NCBI GenBank assembly: GCA_964016885.1
Contig: OZ024740.1
Coordinates: forward strand, 312,542,001 to 312,606,000
From: Eledone cirrhosa
Taxonomy: Eukaryota
Reading direction: 5' to 3'
DNA length: 64,000 nt
Shown here: positions 54,927 to 64,000 of the stretch, one piece after another
How positions within the stretch are numbered: the first letter of the stretch is position 1
Layout of the letters: each line of letters begins with the position of its first letter
Translations under genes and position numbers: made by a program
The notes under the pieces: model-generated
Seen by the model: only the letters and a program-made list of their open reading frames with translations
What the model was told of the DNA's origin: nothing
Databases searched by the model: none

Positions 54927-55691
54927 GTAGTTACTATGAAGTATTGTGAGATATTATAGAGTAGTGTAGTTACTATGAAGTATTGTGAGATATTATAGAG
55001 TAGTGTAGTTACTATGAAGTATTGTGAGATATTATAGAGTAGTGTAGTTACTATGAAGTATTGTGAGATATAGAGTAGTGTAGTTACTATGAAGTATTGT
55101 GAGATATTATAGAGTAGTGTAGTTACTATGAAGTATTGTGAGATATAGAGTAGTGTAGTTACTATGAAGTATTGTGAGATATTATAGAGTAGTGTAGTTA
55201 CTATGAAGTATTGTGAGATATTATAGAGTAGTGTAGTTACTATGAAGTATTGTGAGATATTATAGAGTAGTGTAGTTACTATGAAGTATTGTGAGATATT
55301 ATAGAGTAGTGTAGTTACTATGAAGTATTGTGAGATATTATAGAGTAGTGTAGTTACTATGAAGTATTGTGAGATATTATAGAGTAGTGTAGTTACTATG
55401 AAGTATTGTGAGATATTATAGAGTAGTGTAGTTACTATGAAGTATTGTGAGATATAGAGTAGTGTAGTTACTATGAAGTATTGTGAGATATTATAGAGTA
55501 GTGTAGTTACTATGAAGTATTGTGAGATATTATAGAGTAGTGTAGTTACTATGAAGTATTGTGAGATATTATAGAGTAGTGTAGTTACTATGAAGTATTG
55601 TGAGATATTATAGAGTAGTGTAGTTACTATGAAGTATTGTGAGATATTATAGAGTAGTGTAGTTACTATGAAGTATTGTGAGATATTATAT
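54926..55691. repeat. 39-bp minisatellite, right part (~20 homogeneous units, three 36-bp variants)
   Basis: GTAGTTACTATGAAGTATTGTGAGATATTATAGAGTAGT repeated. Confidence 0.97.
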
Positions 55692-55834
55692 AATAGTGGT
55701 AGAAGAATCATGATGAACACATTGGCAGCATTGATAGTATTTGTGGGAAATGATGGTGGTAATACTTGTAGATGTAATGACTAAATAAAGTTGCTTGCCA
55801 GCTGGATCCTTTTTTAATATTACAAGAGAAATCC

Positions 55835-55966
55835 TACCGAGGTTAGCTTTGCCTTTCATCTTTATGGAGTCAATAAAATAAAGTACCAGTAATGCAATGG
55901 TGTTGATTTAATTGACTTTCCCCTTCCCCAAAATTGTTGGCCTTGTGCCTAAATCAGAAACCAATA
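55835..55966 (+). mobile_element. Deu/Nin-like SINE fragment
   Basis: CTTTGCCTTTCATC...AAGTACCAGT...GGCCTTGTGCCT. Confidence 0.7.
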
Positions 55967-56777
55967 TTACATGAGAAAGCGGCAGTCTCTATAACATTTA
56001 GAGAATCACCCAGAACTGGTGTCTTGCCTGAATACTTAACAATTTGGACCCTGCTAACATCATAGATAACCAAGGGTCAGGTATAAGATGGTGTAGTTTT
56101 CTTCTCTGCCTTAAATTGTAACAAAATAATATTCCATTGATTTTGTTAATACTGTAGTGGTTTTCACTGGTTGGCACTGGATGGTCTTTTGTGGCATCTC
56201 CGTGTGTCCCAATGTCTGTTCAACATGGCAGTCAGCAAACTGATAACATGCAATATAAGCTCATTCAAGCTGAACACCAAACCTCTCTCAGTTCAAAGAC
56301 CGACCTGCGTTGTGAAAAGCCACATCCTACATGAGGTGCCTCTGATATGACTATCATAGCATAGTCTAGTAGAACGGGTCAGATCGAGAGGAGTTAGCCT
56401 CGATTATAAATCTGTTTGTTTCACAGTATACATTAGCTCATGCAGCAATCATCAGTTTAATTTGATGACCTTGGTGTCCTGAACACCAATGGCTTCACAG
56501 ATGATCGACTATTAATTCGACAATGGGTTGACACAACTGTTCTAGTTAATGGAGAAATCTGAGTATGCAGGTGTGGTGAGCCACATATATTCTAGCCATT
56601 AAAAAAAAAAAATGAATGCTTCATCTTCAGAAGAGAGATGACTCAAGAAGAAGATTGTTAATACTTTTTGGAAATTCATGAATGTCACATCTTTCAAATT
56701 GTCCATTCTCATTATATTAGATGCATCAAAATGTAATATTAAAAGTTAGATTTTCCAAAATATTTTGGGATGAAACA

Positions 56778-56939
<162 letters not shown>

Positions 56940-57237
56940 TGAGTAAAGTGAAGTGGATTTAAAATCTCAGCTGGCTTCTGAAACGGACCATCCTATAGTG
57001 TTAAAGGATTGGTGTGTTGGAGATTTGAATGAGATGATGATAAAACTGTTGACAAAAATAGGGTCATCGCTTCGCTTTTTTGTTAGTTTTGCAATTAAAA
57101 ATAATAATCTATTGAGCTGTTTTCACAATTGGGGATGGTTTTATTTAAATTTCATTTTTCAACTGTAGTTTTTTTTTGTTTTTTTTTCATGTGTATTTTA
57201 TAATTTATAATTTTGTTTATTTCTTTTCTCTTTTCAG

Positions 57238-57428
57238 TGCCAACGGTTTAAAATACCACCGTGGCAAAACTAAAGGCTGCTATGGTGGTGGTTTTCAGAG
57301 CAACAAAACGGATAAGTCTGCCAGTGATGCAGACACTGACGATTCCGCTAATGAGGATTATATGTCCCAAGATACATCAGCTGATGAATTAATGACACAA
57401 CCATTGCAACAGACAGACCCTTGTAGAG
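57238..57428 (+). CDS. HBP1: HBP1-like gene exon: end of zinc finger 2 plus an acidic region
   Basis: Strong polypyrimidine tract ttcttttctcttttcag|T. Encodes (S)ANGLKYHRGKTKGC...DPCR. Donor G|gtactt (phase 1) matches the next acceptor. Confidence 0.85.
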
Positions 57429-57681
57429 GTACTTCATGCTTTTGTAGCTATGTGTGTATGTGTGCATGTGTGGATACAGGCAAAGCCAAGTGGTTTTAAG
57501 ATTTTTGTTTCACAATCGCGAGATCCCAGGTTCAATCTCACTTTGTGGTGTCTTTGGTGTGTTTTACCATAGTGTTTAGTTGACCCTCCTCCTTCTTCTT
57601 CTTCTTGCATATTCTGTAGAATAACTGAATTGTCCAAGGTTATAGGTGACTCAAAATAGAGAAGCAAGCCATATCTTTTGC

Positions 57682-57909
57682 TTAACCCTTTCATGACCAC
57701 ATTTCTAACACTCTTTTGCAATTAGTTGATGAGAATTTTGAGGGATTTGTTAAAATTATTATTACATTACAAAGATAGTAACTTAATGTAAGGTCCTTAT
57801 ATTAAATTATGATGGATGATTTTGATTTAAATTGGAAAGTTTTAAAATAGGTGGTTTCATTTCATAGAACCAGAGCTGGTTTTGGTCGGATTGGTAACTA
57901 AAGGGTTAA
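57682..57909. mobile_element. piggyBac-like MITE (family 2)
   Basis: TTAA-CCCTTT ... AAAGGG-TTAA. Confidence 0.75.
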
Positions 57910-58079
57910 GACTTACCTCAGGAATATGACAAAATCTTGTAAACCTTTATACCTGGGATATATATCAATAATAACTCTCAAGAGCATGTAGACTGTTCAT
58001 TGACAGGAATAGATACTGTATTAACACCTGAAGAAATGAAATGGCCAACTAGCTACAGGCTTTCATTGTTCATGGGTTG

Positions 58080-58420
58080 TGAGTTGCAATGTAAATGTGA
58101 GAGAAAGGCAGAGCTTTGATGAACTGAGAGAAAAACTGGGTTTAAGAAGAATCTGAAGTGGTGTGCAAGAGAGAAGATTGCATTGGTACAGACATGTGAT
58201 ATGCATGGATCGGGAAGATGTGCTAGGAAATTCCAATAAAAGGAAGTTACAGTAGAGATAGACCAAGAAAAATCTGGGCAGAGGTGGTGATAGCTGATCT
58301 AAAATCGCTAAGGCTCACAGAAGAGATGATGAAGGTGTAAGGCAAGTGAAGAGATGCTGTGCTGAAAAGGACCTTTCCAACCCTTACAAGCATGGAAAAA
58401 CAGATGTAAAAATGATGATA
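58080..58420 (+). mobile_element. Old RTE 3' fragment (short-UTR family)
   Basis: ELREKLG...QERRLHWYRHV, followed by the tail. Confidence 0.7.
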
Positions 58421-60364
58421 ATAATGTGGATATTGTCAAGAATAAGTATCTGATCATCTTGGAATGATACCTATAATAGATTGGTATCCAATCCAGAAAG
58501 GATTGCCTATTTCACACCAGAAAACCAAAGTCAAGTTATCATCCCTTAAAATACAATGGGTTTTAGGAGGTATTTTGTTAAGATACGTATTTTCATAGTA
58601 TATATTCCTATTTAGAAGGCTGACTTATTGGAAACAGAGTAGGCATCAACACAATAAAAATGTAAATGTTTCTTAAACCCCTTTTAAAGACTAGCGGTTA
58701 ACTCTGGTTTAGTGATGTTAAACTGATGAGAGACAAATCTGCCTGAAAGGAGTAAAATTAGTAGTCAAGTTGAGACTGTCCAATAATACTGTCCAAGTCA
58801 GAAGTCGTTTACTGTAAGTAGGAGGGGCATATTAAATAGCATAACCATAAATTGAGGTCGCAGTCATGTGACTGTGTTTTTAAGACGTGTCTGGGATATT
58901 CCATTATGTAAGTGATAATGGATATGGTGGAGAGAGGATGGCACTCATATGGGTATGTGATAAATATGACAATTGAATGAGGGGGATTACAAGTTCAATC
59001 CTGAGCAAAATATGTGTCCAGGAAATGTTTTATATTCAGCAAATCACACTACCTCTGAAAAACAACTCAGGAAGAGCTCCCATTTTTGCTTGCTTGGTAT
59101 CATCCTCATTCTTGTTTGTATGTCCATTTTTCCATACTGATAGGAATTGAACTAAATTAAGATAACAGATCAAGTATACAGTTCAAATGAATATGTAAAT
59201 ATACTAGAGTTTTACTAATTATAGGAATATATGTGTATGTATTATAGAATATATGTGTATGGATTATAGAATATATGTGTATTGATTATAGGATATATGT
59301 GTATGGATTATAGGATATATGTATGTATTAGAGAATATATGTGTATGTATTATAAAATATATGTATATATTAGAGGATATACATGTATCTGTGATGATAA
59401 GGATGGTTTGTGTATATGTGTGAAATTGTTTAGGACTCTCCAGATGTGTCAAAGACATGACACTCTCCCTAGAGTTGGTGATATACATGTTCAACACACC
59501 CAGTACACTCTGTAAAGTGGTTAGTGAGGAAAAGCACACATCCATAGAAAACCTGCAAAGAAAGGGCCCAGAGGACTATTCAGCTATGTCAAAGACATGA
59601 CCTCCCTAGTAATGGCACCACAATAAAATGCACTTGATAGAGTAAATGAGATGCAAACCGCCAACCCATCTGAATGGGTTAGTAGTTCTGCTTGACTATT
59701 GACTTGGTCTGTGACAATGTGTCCAACCCATGCTAGCAGGGAAAACATACATTAAAAGATGATGATGATGGTCTTTGTATAACTGAATTATTGACTACAA
59801 GATGATCATGGGTTCATGAGAGACATTACTTTAATTGTCTCAGTCTTTCAGTCTTCCCATGCTAACATGAATTAGCTGGGTCTGGAATACTGTATATTGT
59901 AACTCCTTTCTGGTTTATCTCATCTTGTCTGTCAGGTTCAATATCCTGAGATACAACCTTATTTCTTTTCCTCAAGAAACATTTCTGCATTTCTTAGTGT
60001 GAATAAATTGAAACATAGGCAGGAAACTCAAATATAGATATACCTTCCAATCCCTGAGTATCTCCATATTAGGGTTTGTTTTGCCATGCTTACAAGGGAG
60101 AGTGGTTTTTCTGCAGAACCATGTGTTGCCAGTTATCATGGTCTTTTGTCATCTCTGCTGTAACCTTAAGTTTCTTGAGGTCAGTCTTTACTACTTAGTC
60201 TCATGTTTTCTACCATAGGTTTCACCCAATTTGAATCCTTTGCACTTCTAAATATATCTGTCATTCTATATGTGCCCATACCAGCACAATTTCTCTTTTG
60301 CATACTGCATCTGATTTCATTTAAACCCAATTTTTTCCTCAGCTTCTTTGTGTTCTATTATTTA

Positions 60365-60582
60365 TGAGTTCAAATCCCGCCAAGGTTAGCTTTGCCTTTC
60401 ATCCTTGCTGGGTCGATAAAATAAATGATCGTCACGCACTGAGGTCAATTTAATCGAATTTCGCCTCTCCCCCAAAATTGCTGGCCCTGTGCCTAAACCA
60501 GAAACCATTACGGGGTCGATAAAATAAAGTACCAGTAATGCACTGGGTAATTGCTGGCCTTGTGCCTATTGTAGAAACAATT
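60365..60582 (+). mobile_element. Deu/Nin-like SINE with partial internal duplication
   Basis: GAGTTCAAATCCCGCC...GGGTCGATAAAATAAA present twice. Confidence 0.7.
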
Positions 60583-61439
60583 ATTTATGCTTACTAATAT
60601 TACCTATCCACCAGAGTACCAGAGTATACTTGCATCACTACTTCTTCTTAGGTCAGCCTCTGATCTTTTAGTCAGACATCCTTGTGATATATTCCTGCTG
60701 GGCTGACTAATAATTTGACATTCTCATGAAATATCAAAACCATTATATTCTTTGCTTTTTTATGACAACGGATCGATATTATTGTTGTCGATAATGGATT
60801 AGTATTATCTCAGCATTTTCTTAATCTCACTGTTCCTAATCCTATCTTGTCTGATATCTGTTGACAATGTTTCTCAGGCAGTACATCTTGTAGGTTGACA
60901 CTTTTTGCTTTAGAGGCTTGGTTAAGGTCTAAGTTTAGTATCGGTATGTGAGTATGGGGATGAAAATTGAGTTGATTATTAGGTGGTGAAAACAGGACCA
61001 AGTAGGAAATTGCTAGATTGGGGCAATATATGAGGATTGTTGTTGTTGTTGGCGGTGGCGGCTGCTGCTGCTTTGCTAGTTGATATTTATTCGTTCCCCA
61101 CCCTCCCACCCCAATCTTGATGTGGTGATGTTTGGATATTGCTATGGAACTGTGAAGTTGTGTATACATTGTTATTCAGTCCTTGTGTTGTCACCATCAG
61201 ATTTGTGGAAGCTTTAAAAAAGTAAACAGTATATGTCATTTGATGTTTCACATTATCTGAGTTGAAATACTGCTGATATAAATACCTGTGACATAACAAA
61301 TCCTGAATTCTCTGACAAACATTGAAAAGGTGGTGGTAATTTATTAATTAGACAATGTGTGTAATTTCCCAATTAATAAATCATCACCTAATTGGTATTG
61401 TTTTTATTGATGATGTTATTTCTTATTTGTTTACTGCAG

Positions 61440-61695
61440 AAATAATCTGTGATTCAATTGACATAAAAACACCGAAGACAGAGAGCAGTTGTGGTAAGTG
61501 CAAACCTATGCCCCTAACTTTGTCTTCAGCTGTGACAACTCTTGTCAGCAGCCCCACCACAACAACCTGGCCATCAGTTGATGACAACCCAACCACAGAT
61601 GTAAACAAACTACAGCAATTGGCCATCATTGCAACAGGTCCTGAAAGTCCTCTCTTGAAGACAGAGCCCACCAGTATAAAACATCAACAACCAAG
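61440..61695 (+). CDS. HBP1: HBP1-like gene exon with the conserved LAxIATxPxSPL motif
   Basis: tgcag|AA...CCAAG|gtgag. LQQLAIIATGPESPLL resembles vertebrate HBP1 LTELANIATSPQSPLM (recalled, not searched). Confidence 0.9.
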
Positions 61696-61811
61696 GTGAG
61701 TTATTGATGTTGTCTATCTTCCTCTTCACATTTCTTTCTGAATGACTAAATGTGTATGTGATTGATCGCAATGTTGATATTGGAGTGTGGGATTATGTGT
61801 GAGTAGAGCTA

Positions 61812-62009
61812 CAAGGGTTAGCTGAAAAGTTCATAGGCTGACCAAGATACTCTCATGGAGTGACCAAATGAGATTTATTTTTTAACTTAGTCCTTTGAAA
61901 GAAACAATGCAGTTATTAATAAGAAGAGTTAAAATGAATGCATGCAAGATTTCACAGCTCTAGCATCACTCCTTCACAGTCAGCCTATGAACTATTCAAC
62001 TGACCCTCG
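61812..62009. mobile_element. Tc1/mariner-like MITE
   Basis: TA on both flanks; ~30-bp TIRs CAAGGGTTAGCTGAAAAGTTCATAGGCTGAC / GTCAGCCTATGAACTATTCAACTGACCCTCG. Confidence 0.8.
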
Positions 62010-62361
62010 TAGATGAATCCCATCATCATCATCTCTTTATGTATGTACACTTTTCCATGCTGGTATGGGTTGTGTTAATGATTTTATCACAATATTTTGT
62101 GTGGGAATGTTTACTTATATTGTGAGTGTGTTTGGTACACTATTTGTGTGTATGTTAGATTATCTGTTTTGTTTATGTATCTGCTTGTGTTTGGACATTG
62201 TGTATGTGTTAATATATCTATGTTATCTTTGTGGATCTGCTTGTTTGCGTGTGTGTACATTTGTGTATGTGTGAGTATATCTATGTTTTCTTTGTATATC
62301 TGCTTGTGTATGTGTTTCGCTCTAGAACCAAATATCACTGTTTCTTGGTTTGTTGTTGTAG

Positions 62362-62492
62362 CAGCTCTGATGGCAGTGATCCCCAAGTTTCATCCTCAGC
62401 TCCATGTCCAGCTTCACCAGAAGATTCCAGTAAAGGCAGCAGTACTTGGTCTCATCCCTGGCCTACGACTGTGTGGCAGTGTTTCATGAAAG
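62362..62492 (+). CDS. HBP1: HBP1-like gene exon: start of the AXH domain
   Basis: tag|cag tandem acceptor and G|gtaac donor. WSHPWPTTVWQCFMKG resembles HBP1 WPSTVWHCFLKG. Confidence 0.92.
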
Positions 62493-62678
62493 GTAACAAT
62501 CACTATCTATAAACACTTTTCGCTACCAACATTAACATACAAATCCCTTACATCTTTCCTTCTGTTTATTATGTTATCATTACATATTAGCATTGCCTTT
62601 CCCTTTTATCAAAAAATGTTCCCTCTACTCTATAATATAGATTAGGTGAGGGTGAAGATTAATATAATGTTACATATA

Positions 62679-62862
62679 CAAGGGTCAGTTGAAAAGTTCA
62701 TAGGCTGACCAAGATACTCTCATGGGATGACTAAATGAGGTATACTTTTCAACATTGTCTATAGAAAGAAACAAAGAAGTGTTGAAATTAATACATGCAA
62801 CATTTCACAGCTCTAGCATCACTACTTCATAGCCAGCCTATGAACTTTTCAGCCAACCCTTA
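62679..62862. mobile_element. Tc1/mariner-like MITE
   Basis: TA flanks; same TIRs as 61812. Confidence 0.8.
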
Positions 62863-63582
62863 TATAACCTTTATACATTGAATTTGCTGTTTTTTTTTAT
62901 GTTTTAGTATTAAACATATTTGATCATTTACTCTATTTCTACTCCATATTCCTTCCTCTATTTCACAAATATTGCCATAGACCTCACACAAAAGAAACAT
63001 ATCCACAATATGTCTTATGTAGAACTGCATCTCTCTCTATAGCATGGTTCTGTGTTTCTTCATATATACACCTTATTGATCCCTTTTGTTTCTATAGACT
63101 CAGTATTACGAAAGCTCCACAATCTACCCTCACAACCATATCCCGCTGCAACTTAACTATTTGGCTGTGTTTTCCACTACCACCACAGTCATGACCTTTG
63201 ACCTCCCCTACTTTAAGTACACAAGCCTCATGTGTTTATACAGTTGCTTGATAAGCTAGAAATAGTGGCTAAATCTGCCACAAATCACACATATTATCTT
63301 GCAAAAGCTTGATTAGAGCTTCCCCCAGGTTAAACAAAAGCAACAACAACATGCTAACCTCACTCCTCTATTTTACATTGAAATGAATAATACATTTTAG
63401 AAAATCTAGTTGCTCCTCTCTGATAGAATAATTGATTTACAGAATGCAATATAGTCTACCCCATCTTCACTGACGTTGTTTTTAATTAAAAATAAAAATG
63501 TTACTTTGCTTATCCTCATGTTATTATCATTAGAAAATTAAATTGAAATATTGTTCATTCATTCTCCTTTCATGAATTTCAG

Positions 63583-63694
63583 GTGTTCAGATACAATTTC
63601 CAGAGACAAAATGGCAAACTGCTGAAGAACTTGCACGACTTGAACTTCTCTCCAAATCAGCTTCTTCTTGTGGCAAAGAAGATAACAAAGATCG
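63583..63694 (+). CDS. HBP1: HBP1-like gene exon: AXH domain continued
   Basis: tttcag|GT...CG|gtaagt. (G)VQIQFPETKWQTAEELARLE resembles HBP1 GTRLCFH...EWQDVEDFARAE. Too short to appear in the ORF track. Confidence 0.9.
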
Positions 63695-63722
63695 GTAAGT
63701 ATCTTAAGCTTATTTAATCTAC

Positions 63723-64000
63723 TTGACAGTTGAAGTGGTCTTACTTGAAACCTGCTAGAGATGTGAGAAATTTGACAGTTGAAGTGGGCTGACTTGAAAC
63801 CTGCTAGAGATGTGAGAAATTTGACAGTTGAAGTGGGCTTACTTGAAACCTGGTATAGATGTGAGAAATTTGACAGTTGAAGTGGTCTTACTTGAAACCT
63901 GGTATAGATGTGAGAAATTTGACAGTTGAAGTGGTCTTACTTGAAACCTGGTATAGATGTGAGAAATTTGACAGTTGAAGTGGTCTTACTTGAAACCTGG
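63723..64000. repeat. 49-bp minisatellite running off the window end
   Basis: TTGACAGTTGAAGTGGTCTTACTTGAAACCTG(C/G)TA(G/T)AGATGTGAGAAAT, about 5.7 units. Confidence 0.95.

Noticed and set aside
54890-55720. 276-aa minus-strand ORF of repeating YNISQYFIVTTLL
   Set aside because: Artefact of a 39/36-bp unit (a multiple of 3) that lacks stops in one frame; there are no splice or other coding signals.

Overview
Eukaryotic, AT-rich, repeat-saturated animal DNA. The repeat set (RTE-clade LINEs with (GAT)n tails, tRNA-derived SINEs, long (TA)n/(CA)n tracts) looks like an octopus/coleoid genome; this is an inference. The only host gene I can support is on the + strand: five exons with matching splice phases (34589-34806, 57238-57428, 61440-61695, 62362-62492, 63583-63694). 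They encode an HBP1-like protein (LAxIATxPxSPL motif plus the start of the AXH domain) that has two N-terminal zinc fingers, unlike vertebrate HBP1 as I recall it. The gene continues past the window end. The rest is intronic/intergenic: RTE, CR1, L1/Tx1 and CRE-like retroelement fragments, SINEs, piggyBac-, mariner- and hAT-like MITEs, three minisatellite arrays and two long fold-back hairpins. The most striking unexplained pattern is four insertions arranged as 'tails-out' pairs, each with matching 3' ends on opposite strands and mostly inside (TA)n tracts. All coordinates and identities were read by eye, so TE boundaries are approximate.
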